From positions 14,942,001-15,006,000 of the forward strand of contig OZ365114.1 in the NCBI GenBank assembly GCA_977030845.1: 64,000 nucleotides of DNA, read 5' to 3'. Each line of letters begins with the position of its first letter. Position 1 is the first letter of the stretch. Shown piece by piece: positions 52,753 through 63,328 of the stretch. The stretch is from Fimbriosthenelais zetlandica (lineage: Eukaryota). The notes beneath the pieces were generated by a model. It saw only the letters and a program-made list of their open reading frames with translations. It did not search any database and was not told the origin of the DNA. Made by a program: the position numbers and the translations under genes.

Positions 52753-55700
52753 GTACGTACAAGCTTCACTACATACAGACCTTGTCCTAACAATACCGTT
52801 ATAAACCTCACATAGAAATGTATTCATCCATGGAAGTGGGGAGAGAAAAATACTAAGATGGGATCGTTTTTCTTTTGTCAGTTGGTCCAGAGGTTATTAT
52901 GTTTTCTGACATAAGAATATAAGGAACTAATCAAATTTCGTTGGGGATCTTTACATCTTGGTATCTGATTAATTCTGAGGAGTGTGCAGAATATTACTCA
53001 TGGGTTTCGTTAATATTTCAAATAGATAAACTTGAATTTCCCCCCTTGCAATGTCAGAATGGCATTAGAGGGCAAGAGACGGTCATTTGGATTAGTTGCT
53101 GTTTGGGGTCACCCATCTTCGACATGCACAATCAAGGCTAAATAGTACTATTGAGTTTCCAAAATCACTCCTCTATATATGCATCTCACCCTATCCTGTT
53201 CACTGATAATTCAAAATTCTAACCTCCTTCAGTTGTTATCCTGTGTAAAAACTATGCATAACTGAAATCTATGCATTCAGCTGTATCTTCTATACATCCA
53301 CTCCCCTTTCACATACTTGTCTTCACTCCTCACATAGACAAAAGGTCTTAAGTTAAAAAAGCATTATTAAGGAGGAAACTTCAGTGGATTGTAATATATG
53401 AAGCTTAAAAAGTATTCTATCCTATCACTGCAAAAACAGTTATATATACTTGTATTTATCATGGAAATGTCCTATAGACTGGGGAGTATTAGGCCTATTG
53501 AGTTCATTACAATGTTTTAGAAAGAGAAATATATTCCTCTATAATAGAATATCGAGATTACATCTGTATCATAGGGGTATTATACACTTTCTAATCAAAT
53601 GAATTTACTCAAGGTTATGCTGATTGATTGGAAATAACTTTCATTAATTTCGCAGAAAATATTCTTCCAATGATAGAAAATGAGAATGACATTTTCTTCT
53701 TCCTTGGATTTAAGCCATTGATATGTAATTCATATTATACCACTTAATTAACTAAATTAGACCATTCTTTATCTACTGTCTCCTGAGCAATGATAGCAAT
53801 TGCTATATATTTCATATTATAAGAATTTTTCAGCCTTCTCTCGTAGAGAGCTACCATAGAACAATGCTGCCTTAATAACGAGTATTGATACAAGAAATGG
53901 ATAAGTTAGAGCCTTCTATATTTTGTCATGAAAATTTAACAGTTGGCACTCTGTGAAATTTTTATGACCCCAATTATTTGTTTGATAGAATTGCCTCATT
54001 CATCCGTCATATAATTTCCTTACAACTTTTGTTATCGTCATGAAAATTTGTGCTGACCTCGAGAAAGTGTCAGTGTAAAATTTTTGTGATTAACTATTTT
54101 TCATGAGAAAGAAATAAGATAATCACCAACTTTCCCTCACTAATCTTTTAACCCTTCTCTGGAAAGATTTTTCACATGATATTTTATTCACTTTCTGTTT
54201 TCAATGTGGCAATTCTATTATTTGGCATTATTTTCCAAGAAATGTAAAGTTTATTATTAATGAAACTATTATATGGAGCCATCAGATTTTTTTCTGCATC
54301 AATAAAAAAGTGACCATAATCTTTTTAGACAGTACTGTAATGGTTCTTCACTGAACGTTTTTTGCGACATTTAGTTCTTATCGTTTTGAATCAAAATTCA
54401 AGGCTGATGCTAACTTATCCAGTGTTCTTGCTTCAAACTAGCCGCTCTGCACTTGGTGACCCCCGGCCTTGACCTTTTGACCTGGTCCGCCAAGCGCCAA
54501 CGGCTGTGATTGGCTGTTGTCGTGCCTCGTCTTGATGTCCGTTATTATCTGCTGTTTTTTATAGCATTCTTTTGGAGCAACGAAACTAAGAGTATGTCAG
54601 AGTTCATCATGTTGCATTTTATACAAAAACTGCATGTGGGAAATGATTTGACCTTTTCATAATTTTCATCATTATATTTTTATGGGTGTTTCTTTTTCAA
54701 TAGAGGAGTTTTTCCCTTTGGTTTGGTCCACATTTTTGTTACGTTTTCCTAACAGAAAGACGTTCTTTTATAGGTGGTGGTTTTACCCTCGGGTGATTTT
54801 GTTACAGAGATGAAAAGAGTGAGATGTTGATGTTGAACCATTTTACGTTTCTGTACAATTTGAGGTTGAAATAGTTCAGAAAAAGACTTCATTTGTTTGT
54901 GACTTACATTGTGGGTGCTGATCGAATACATCTTCAAAGCTTAGGTTAAAATTGGACATTTACATAGAGCGTGACTCAGCATAGTTGAATGACATAATAG
55001 AGTTTCACTATGTCAAGTGAATGTTGAGTTCAGACTCTCACTTGTGCACTTTCGCTATATGTCATAAACCCAATTAAAAGAAACAATGTAAAAGCTTTCA
55101 CGCAACCCTTGTCGCAAATTCCACTCAGCCCCCCACATTTTCTTTCATGAATTTTCATTGAATTACAATCACTGCTCTATTTACTACCTTAGAAATGAAA
55201 GACATCCACTTAAGTTTAGTGTATAATTCACTCTTGAAATCCCTACCAACTATCAAAGAACGTCCACAGAATGTACATGATTTAGGTGCTTCCCTGCTGT
55301 TGTAGTGTGTATCGGATGTTTGTGGAAAAAGAACAATCCCTCAAGGGTTGAATATTCATTTTCTATGAATATTCATACAAACCCCTTTCATATGAATATT
55401 ATGTTTTATTTCTCTTACATTAGTCAGGAAGCTCAGCATGTTTTCAGCTGTGTTCACCCATTGTTTTATGCTTTCCCTTGGGGGTGTTTCAAAAAAGGTT
55501 AATTGAATTGTTCAGAAGGGACAAGGAAGCCGTTTGTTGGATTTTAGCACGCAAGAAATGCACATTTTTAGAAAACCAGCTGTAGTGCTTCCATCGTCAC
55601 ATTATCTACAATATTCTATTCCGAAAAATGGGGAAAAAACATTAAGTTCTAAAGCCATCGCAAATCCATTGAGAGAATTTCTTTAATTTTGGCCTAGCGG

Positions 55701-57867
55701 ACAATATTCATTTTATGAATAGTTGCTACGGTCTTATCAAGTGTGTTTTCAATACTAGAACTTAATCTACACTCTCAAATTCTTCATTGTTCGCTGGGTC
55801 TTAATAGATTATTATGAATATGTTTTAAATTAAACATTATATTAAAAAAACTCCCATTGGTTTCCCTTTTATAAACATTCCCAGCTGTGCATGCAAAGAA
55901 CTTTTGATTTATTTTCGAACATATTTCTGAGCTAGGATCGCATGCATCAGCTTTCGAGATTATGGCTTCCTAGGAAAAATGAGACAGCTTTTTGTTGCAC
56001 TTTAATGTCAAGATCAATCTCTATACCCTCATGTGTTGCATTTTCATATTTGCAAACTCCGGATATCCCCACATTCTATGGTTTACATGGACTTGTAGTT
56101 GAAGCAATTCCTTTGAATTGAAAAGTCTAGATAAGATATCTTCACCGCGAACAATGAGTATGATTAAACAGAGAATATTGACTTAAGTCTGGATTCCGTC
56201 AGTCCATGTACCATATTTGAAGGGGATGATTTGATATTCAATACAATGTGCGCTTGGAGTGCTGATGTTGGGATTCACGGCCAAGTCGCATCCATCCCAT
56301 TCTAATGAGGTGTCTATGCTAGCTCCGTCGAAATGATCGGATGGCATAGACAAATTTATTCAGAGACAATAGAGTCGTCTAGGCAATTCACTTGCATTGC
56401 GCCGTCAGTCGAGCAACCGAAGACAAAGGTTAAAGCCATCTACATTATCTTGATAGCCTAGTGTTACATTACTGGATGGATGGCATTGGCAAATCGATTA
56501 ATATAGACAGTGGAGTCATCCCGATAATCTTGTTACATTCCGCCTTCTATGGAGCAAATGTAGATAAACGTTGTTAACGGTACATATTCTCATCTGTCGG
56601 TTTGATGCAATTAATTGGATTAGCCACTCTATTAAAATTGGTCTACCCAGTTGGTCGAATGCCAGTTTCCTACGAATTCACATTGGTTGTGTATACGATA
56701 ACGTTGATTATTTGTATGAGCCATAGACATTATTTCAAACAGTCATCGCGTCTTTTCCCAGCACATCGCCTCCAAGTGTTCATTGTTTTTTCTGCTCATT
56801 GGTATTGTAACTCTCTCCTTTATTCGATGAAATATTAGAATGGACGATCACTATTTCACTGATTTTATAGGGCAGATATTCCTGCAGTAAAAGATTGCTT
56901 TGTCTCTGCAATACAATTATCATACCCTGTCCCATACATAATGTTTTTCTAACAAATAATGCAAGAATTCTAACCTATAAATGATGGGAAATAGTGTAAC
57001 ATTTCCATTTCGTTCAACAATTTATCAACTTGTATTTGTTTCAATAAGATATACATGAAATTTGATGGGATTGTCTCCAGAAGATAGTTATTTTATTGAA
57101 CTCCTTATTCATCATTAATATTAATATCATTTGATATTTCTCAGAGGGTTGTGTAATTATTGTAGTGTTTGCTGAGAAGTAATAACCTAGCAACTTAAGA
57201 TCTTGCTCCATCTAACTTATGAAGAAAAATAATTATATGTGTGATTTTGCAATTCTTTGTTGTAAGGTAAATTAAAGTGATTGAAAGGTGGCAATAAGAT
57301 CTTAAATAGTTGGGTTCAAATCTAGTAATGTTTTTATCACATGTGAACAAAGTACACATATCTTATAGAATTCTTCCTCGGATAATGCATGCAGTAATTA
57401 CAGCTTTTGTTTCATATAAAGATAAAAGAAATGAAGAAAGAGAATTTCCACGGCCGATAAATGACGATTAATTTATTCACTATATCCTGTAAATTGAGTT
57501 CACCCATTTTCCCCATTAGAGATATTTCACTTCATGATAGAACCATTTACTTTCTCCCAAAGAAAAATCCAGAAAAACCACCCCCTCTATTGGTATAGAA
57601 AAGAATTCTACTGTGCCCTTTTATGCTATTGTAATTTCCTGTATGCATGCTCAATGAGAATGGCATGGCATTGCACCATTGATTGCATTTGAATATAGAA
57701 AGAATCTAGAATAATATTATTGTATTTCCTTTTCTCATTCGGTGATGGGTTGATGTTGAATCGTATACATGTTATATTGCACTGCAATGATGTAATATTT
57801 GTCGTAGTGATGTGAGTGATTCTCCAAAGAAAGGAAATTGTCCTAATAAATACCGATGATGTTGCAG

Positions 57868-57996
57868 ATGCCAAACTCACATATGAAAACAAAGGAGAAA
57901 CGGAAATGACTGTCTTCACCCCAATAATTGCTGTCCTTTGTGTGGTTATAAGCTTCTTGGGCCTTTTGCTCTTCGTTGGCTTCATCACTGAACCAG
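57868..57996 (+). CDS. Exon 10 (TM1): (D)AKLTYENKGETEMTVFTPIIAVLCVVISFLGLLLFVGFITEP
   Basis: Acceptor gatgttgcag (weak pyrimidine tract); donor CAG|GTAGAT; phase 1-1; 24-residue hydrophobic run. Confidence 0.82.
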
Positions 57997-58243
57997 GTAG
58001 ATTACATCGTGTCTTATTAAAGTCCAGGTCAAAGGTTGCTTAGTTGACTTTCTCAGGAGTTTGACTCCTACATTGATCTTTGGCAGTCAAAATTCCCAAC
58101 AATTATAGAAATCACTTTTAATTATGTTTTTTTTAGGAATTTTTACCCAAGTAATGTAATTCTTCCCCAATGATTATTTTGGTAATTTTGATGAACTTTT
58201 TTTGTTCTACTGATTACAATGTTGCCAATTTTCCCATTTGCAG

Positions 58244-58394
58244 GTCTTCCTGGGCATCCGCCAAAGAAAATAATCGAGAATAAAGTCCATTCTCAACATT
58301 TGTTGTTTGTCGTCTGCTATGTGACTTTTAGAGCTGCCTACTCTCTAGCGGTTACTTTCACTGTGCTTCTTTTGCTTATCAGATTTGCTAATAG
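58244..58394 (+). CDS. Exon 11 (TM2): (G)LPGHPPKKIIENKVHSQHLLFVVCYVTFRAAYSLAVTFTVLLLLIRFAN(R)
   Basis: Acceptor ttttcccatttgcag; donor TAG|GTGAGT; phase 1-2. Confidence 0.88.
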
Positions 58395-58617
58395 GTGAGT
58401 CGTAAATAATGTTTAGGATCTTTCTCTAGCCACTAAGTCAATTTTGCATTGGACAACAAGACGCAATCTTTCACCATGCTGAATAATTTCGAGTTTACAT
58501 CTTAACATTCATTGAAGAAGATAAGAAACATATATACTAAATTGTAAGTCTTCATAACATTCCTTGTAAAGTACTTGTAAAATGGATGGAGTAAATTTTC
58601 GCCATCTAAATTTACAG

Positions 58618-58804
58618 AGAATCTGTAGGGACTATCATGGAGTTTGATCGTTACGTGGATACTGCAGACAATGTGCAGAAGAGTGAAGTGGGAAAGATCC
58701 AGGCATTTGTAATGGAGGAATTGAACAGGCAAAATCAACTGGCCAACCAAACAAAAGTTCAGTGTGAAGCAAAACTACAACAACTGCAAAATGTTCTCGA
58801 AGAG
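58618..58804 (+). CDS. Exon 12 (coiled-coil-like): ESVGTIMEFDRYVDTADNVQKSEVGKIQAFVMEELNRQNQLANQTKVQCEAKLQQLQNVLEE
   Basis: Acceptor ctaaatttacag; donor GAG|GTGAGC; phase 2-0. Confidence 0.87.
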
Positions 58805-58876
58805 GTGAGCTGCCACAAAAACAACTATAATGGGACATGGACAAAATCATGTGTTTTACGACTCCTCATTAATGAC

Positions 58877-58961
58877 ATCTACAGTCTGTTCACTCTAAGT
58901 TGATCCGAAACCACCATACATATGTACTGTAGTTTCGGATCACAGTGAACAGACTGTAGAT
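58877..58961. repeat. 85-nt inverted repeat / hairpin in intron 12
   Basis: 58877-58894 is the exact reverse complement of 58944-58961 (18 bp), and 58901-58911 of 58932-58942 (11 bp); 20-nt loop. Confidence 0.92.
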
Positions 58962-58996
58962 ACAAACTGATCCATGAAACAAAATCTTTTTTGCAG

Positions 58997-59109
58997 ACTA
59001 AACAGCAGTTACGTGTTGAAGACACGGAGGAAAGATTAGTCTCTCAGGTGGCGTTACAGTATACCCGGCGTATGCTGCTCAATCTCACTAATGACATCAT
59101 GAAGTTTAA
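58997..59109 (+). CDS. Exon 13: TKQQLRVEDTEERLVSQVALQYTRRMLLNLTNDIMKF(K)
   Basis: Acceptor tcttttttgcag; donor TAA|GTAAGC; phase 0-2. Confidence 0.88.
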
Positions 59110-59217
59110 GTAAGCAGACTACTCAAATAATGTATTATATATCTAATATAATTAGACCTACGTGAAGAAGTAATAAAAAACATGTAACTCATTTCTTTGC
59201 AATGTTTCATCCCACAG

Positions 59218-59429
59218 ACAAGAGTTCACAGCCTATGCACGGAAGTCTGTCGATCGACTCACTAGGAGTATTGTTCAGACGTCGAGCGCCTTGCAGGGGA
59301 ACAAATGGTTGGCTGGAGCCAAGGTCATTTACGACGTCGTACAAAGCAAACGAGCTGCACAAGGCCAGAACACCAAGCCCTTCATGGACTGGGTGGGAAT
59401 ACAGCAAGAAGTCGAGAGGCTGTCAGTTG
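59218..59429 (+). CDS. Exon 14: QEFTAYARKSVDRLTRSIVQTSSALQGNKWLAGAKVIYDVVQSKRAAQGQNTKPFMDWVGIQQEVERLSV
   Basis: Acceptor tttcatcccacag; donor TTG|GTGGGT; phase 2-1. Confidence 0.85.
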
Positions 59430-59535
59430 GTGGGTTTCTTTTGTTCTGTCTAACCCATCCTTTAACTTCAGAGTTAACTGCAGTCTTTTGTCAAATTTTT
59501 CAGTGACATTAACTTTTTTACTGCTTTACTTATAG

Positions 59536-59662
59536 ATCTGGCCATTGAGAACTTCCCGATGCCGAACCTGACCGAGTTTCTCTCCCTTCCACGCCCTAAG
59601 ACCAACCACCACCAGTCTAGTGTGCCTAGCATTGAAGAAGTCAGCCTGCCAAGAAATCAATG
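59536..59662 (+). CDS. Exon 15: (D)LAIENFPMPNLTEFLSLPRPKTNHHQSSVPSIEEVSLPRNQ(W)
   Basis: Acceptor ctttacttatag; donor ATG|GTAATG; phase 1-2. Confidence 0.8.
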
Positions 59663-59925
59663 GTAATGTGTCCACCCCAGTAATGCTTGTCCTCTCTTAT
59701 CTCATCCTGGGTCTTTTTCTCTGTCAGACAGATGATTCTAGACAGTTTCGTAGTGAAGAGGTTGATTTGTTCTCTTCTTCAGTTCTGGGCTCATACCATC
59801 CTCCCATGGCCGGCTGTCTCTTACTCATTAGAAACTCTCTGGGCCAGTGTGGCTACAACTGGTCGTGCCTATAGGGAGGATGGGCTCATTACTGCTCTAC
59901 TAAAACTTGGACCGTCTTTCTGCAG

Positions 59926-60155
59926 GTATTTCCAGTTTGAGAAGACCCCTGACGGTTCAGGCGCTGGAGCTGCAGCCACAGCCAAGAAGAAGGGTAAGAT
60001 CGACACGAGTCGCATCATGAGCTGGACCTCACTGCTCATCATTCTTATCTTTGTGGATATCATTTGGTTCCTCCACCGTATGGCCAGATCCTACTCTACA
60101 GCCAAGATGATCCTCTATGGTGTACCTTACTACATAGACTGTAAAAAAGCACCAG
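59926..60155 (+). CDS. Exon 16 (TM3): YFQFEKTPDGSGAGAAATAKKKGKIDTSRIMSWTSLLIILIFVDIIWFLHRMARSYSTAKMILYGVPYYIDCKKAP
   Basis: Acceptor gtctttctgcag; donor CAG|GTACGA; phase 2-1. Confidence 0.87.
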
Positions 60156-60424
60156 GTACGAGATACTTTTTGACTTATGAATTGAATATATATGCCCCCT
60201 CGAAAATAATAGCAAATTTAATGCATTTTAAGACTTTCTAGTGGATTTGTGTGTCTCTTTGGCATAATCAGTACAGCCCAAATGTCGGAGGATGGAGACA
60301 GGCGTTTTTAAACCCCCAAAGCCTAAGTTTCCTGCGAAAATCAAGAGGGTTGGCAGTCCCGTGCGTGGGTTGACAAAGCTACCAGGTTTATGTGTAACAT
60401 ATGTTTAAAATCTCTCCCCTTTAG

Positions 60425-60519
60425 CCGACTCAAGATCACCACAGCGAGGTCAGAGGGTGGGACGAGGGCACCAATCACCCTACAGATGTCTCAACTTCCT
60501 GAAAGACCTCAACCTCAGG
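60425..60519 (+). CDS. Exon 17: (A)DSRSPQRGQRVGRGHQSPYRCLNFLKDLNLR
   Basis: Acceptor tctctcccctttag; donor AGG|GTAAAG; phase 1-0. Confidence 0.83.
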
Positions 60520-60851
60520 GTAAAGAGACATTCATAACCACTCAACCATTTATCATATTGTGTATTTTTTTAAATTTGTCTTCTGAAATGGATGATTATC
60601 TTCAGCCTTCATCCCCATTTTCAAACAATTTCATAAACAAATTCAAGACACTTACCGGGTATTGTGTGATTTGTATCGAAGTCCATAAAGAAACAAGATG
60701 CCTTTTAAATAGTCTGCCATATCCAATTCCCTTTCATCTTCCTAAAGGCCTGTTTTACCATGTCCTCTGTGAATACTGATGCTCCAGAACACGTCTTCCT
60801 TTTTTAACAGGGACTTATTTTTATGACCGTTCTTTTTGTTCTCTACTAAAG

Positions 60852-60986
60852 GTGATGAAAACTGAATTTGTCCCTAAGCTTGTTGCCACAGCGACAGCCT
60901 GCTGTGCCATCTATCTTGTGTTAAGAGTATCGGCCCATCTCCTCACTGTGAAGACTCTTGCCTCCGTTGGATATTTTGATACCCTG
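60852..60986 (+). CDS. Exon 18 (TM4): VMKTEFVPKLVATATACCAIYLVLRVSAHLLTVKTLASVGYFDTL
   Basis: Acceptor tttttgttctctactaaag; donor CTG|GTGAGC; phase 0-0. Confidence 0.87.
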
Positions 60987-61093
60987 GTGAGCATTCCATA
61001 ATTCACTTTAGTACTCTCTTTTGCCACTTTCATGCTTTATTGTCCGTTCATTATTTCCCGGTAGTGAACGGGTGAAAGTGACAGAAGTCGGTC

Positions 61094-61156
61094 ATGGTCA
61101 GGGTTCAAACCCTCCTCTTTCATACCAGAAGCAGGCACTCTACCACTGAGCTATGA
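61094..61156 (-). mobile_element. tRNA-derived SINE head (Pol III A and B boxes) in intron 18
   Basis: Reverse complement: atagctcagtggtagagtgcctgcttc..gagggtttgaaccctgacc, with A box TAGCTCAGTGG and B-box-like GGTTTGAACC; no complete cloverleaf. Confidence 0.65.
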
Positions 61157-61236
61157 AGACAACTAATGTACAATATGCTGATCAGTGACAAACACAGTCT
61201 AAATCTGCCTTAAAATCACTGATTAAATGTTTCTAG

Positions 61237-61544
61237 ATTGCTCCAATGGAGACCAGCTACAGGCTCGCTAAAACCCGCATCAAGACCAATGCCTACCGTA
61301 TCAACAAGTTTGAGTACCCCTTCTATGAGGAGCTGGTCAATGTTCGCACCAAGCGCTACCAACTGATGCTGGAGATGTACCGGGACCTGCAGAGATCCAA
61401 CAACATCCTCCATGACTCTGAGTTCTGCGCCTGGAAGAAGATGCTTCACCCCAATGAAAAATGTAACTGCACCACGGCCAAGACGGTGAAGCTGCACTTT
61501 GAGGGATGTGAACTTCCCCCTGTCACTCCACAACCCTACAGAAG
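61237..61544 (+). CDS. Exon 19: IAPMETSYRLAKTRIKTNAYRINKFEYPFYEELVNVRTKRYQLMLEMYRDLQRSNNILHDSEFCAWKKMLHPNEKCNCTTAKTVKLHFEGCELPPVTPQPYR(R)
   Basis: Acceptor atgtttctag; donor AAG|GTGAGT; phase 0-2. Confidence 0.9.
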
Positions 61545-61758
61545 GTGAGTGATTGATGGTCACTAACCTTCTCAGCGTCATCTCTTTTCTGTGGGATAGA
61601 TTCATAATCATGAATAGTAAAATTGTTAATAACTGCTTTGTTTTAAGCAGACAAGTATTTCATAAGCCAATTTTTTCCAGCATGTGAAGATATACTTAAC
61701 ATATCTAAAATTAGTCAATCTTAAGCCTTGTAAATAATTTGGGATTTTCTTTTTGAAG

Positions 61759-61923
61759 GCGAGACTTCTCTTCCCAGAAAGATAAACTGAGTGCGTCCAT
61801 GGTGCCCTACATCAATTCTGCACGTCAGATTGTTATGGATACGAGTCATCTCGTCCTCATCTTTGTTTCACTGCTGGTGCTTGTTGACATACTCGGGTCT
61901 GTAACATGGATTTATCTCAAACG
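61759..61923 (+). CDS. Exon 20 (TM5): RDFSSQKDKLSASMVPYINSARQIVMDTSHLVLIFVSLLVLVDILGSVTWIYLK(R)
   Basis: Acceptor ttttctttttgaag; donor ACG|GTAAGC; phase 2-2. Confidence 0.88.
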
Positions 61924-63037
61924 GTAAGCATTAGTAACAGTATCAATGGCATATCGCAATTACAATGCCATTAACATGAAAAAGAGACAGGTCCCGCTTT
62001 AATGCAAACATGCAATTTGATTTCCGTCTCACTTTTTGTTCTCGTATTGTTCGAGATTATGTGTGAAGAAAGCTTAATAATTATTCAACTTATTTTACAC
62101 GCTTTTCTAATTTTAATGTTGTGTGCACGCACCTTAATAAAATGATCAATGTTGAGCTTCTTCCGTGCATCAATTGCTTCTTGTATAGATATTTAAAAAC
62201 GCTTGCTTCATTGCTTATGTATTTTCTTCTGTTGTCATTGATATAATTTGGAATTTCTTTCTATTCAGTTCGTCACATTATAAGTTCTTATTGTCGTTTA
62301 TTTCAGTTGTTCTTTCAAACTTTTCCCCATGTACAGAGTTCCAAAAGAACTTGTACTTCCTGAGAGTACGCCTGATGTGTTACGAACAGAGTCATTGGTA
62401 CAAATAGATTCTAGACTTGATTACATTATGTTCTCATTAGGGGTTTGCAGTTTGATAGTGTGTCCTTAATTTTCATTAACAAATAACACCTAAACCTTAT
62501 GGGAAAAATCACTACACTCACATTATATAATTTTTTATTTCATTTTGCCTTGTATAGTTATTTGATTAAATCTAGCCCCTCTTTAGTAGTCACTCTATAG
62601 ATCTACAAATCAAAGTTAGAATTAGATCATCACAATCATCTAGGCTTGATGGTGGAGCCGAGGAAAACGGAACATTTATTTTCTAAATAAGTTGTTGTTG
62701 GTAACTGGTTTGTTTATTTTGTGCCTGGATATTTTTAACCCAGGTAGCCTACTAATAATTAACGTAGGCTAAGAGGAGGGGTTTACCTAAAATGCCTGGT
62801 TCTAATATTAATTTGTAAATACATTTACTCAATCTAGAGTGTTCTCTAATATTATTTCAATATCAGGTACCTGTTCATTTACGGAAGCTATCGAAAACTT
62901 GTATCTTATTGTAGGGAATCGATTGTTTCAGTCACTATAACAGTTACTATTTCCAACGTCAATTTAACAATATAAACAATTTAACAATATAAAACCACAT
63001 ATATATTCTAATATTGAAATCCATTTGTTCACCTTAG

Positions 63038-63119
63038 GTTCAACTTGTTGCGGTTGAAACCTCTCTTTGAGGTTGAACACTGTGAGCAGTACCCCGAGTC
63101 AAGTCAAGCCTGTGGCTGA
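63038..63119 (+). CDS. Probable terminal exon 21: FNLLRLKPLFEVEHCEQYPESSQACG*
   Basis: Acceptor ccatttgttcaccttag; phase 2 matches exon 20; TGA at 63117-63119; base composition resembles the other exons. A rival phase-2 candidate lies at 62307-62469. Confidence 0.62.
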
Positions 63120-63306
63120 AGATATTCACAGTGACGTCATTAGTTTGTGCCTGTGACGTCACAAGATCTGTGCACTGACCTTCTGGATAGAGGGTTATGG
63201 CCAACATCTTCCCATTGGAGTTTGCAGCCATATACTACTTATAAAAGAGACATGTATGTGATGCAGGCAATGTACATTGATAAACAAGATTCATAAAGTC
63301 CACGGA

Positions 63307-63328
63307 ATTAAAGTATAATCAAATTAAA
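63307..63328 (+). terminator. Candidate non-canonical poly(A) signals (2x ATTAAA)
   Basis: ATTAAA at 63307-63312 and 63323-63328, ~190-210 nt after the stop codon; could be chance in AT-rich DNA. Confidence 0.25.

Larger units (their letters stand above)
22681..63119 (+). other. Spliced protein-coding gene, 21 exons, ~1271 aa: signal peptide + partial TNFR-like Cys repeat + large ectodomain + 5-TM module (uncharacterised; DC-STAMP/prominin-like topology)
   Basis: All 20 introns are GT-AG and every junction is phase-compatible. Summed CDS is 3816 nt (1272 codons including TGA) with no internal stop. Additional small exons in the 17.3-kb intron 1 cannot be excluded. Confidence 0.85.

Noticed and set aside
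59687-59925. Open frame extending exon 16 upstream (ORF 59687-60241)
   Set aside because: The acceptors at 59727 and 59731 would create TGA with the phase-2 TG of exon 15; the 59925 acceptor restores Trp and the frame.
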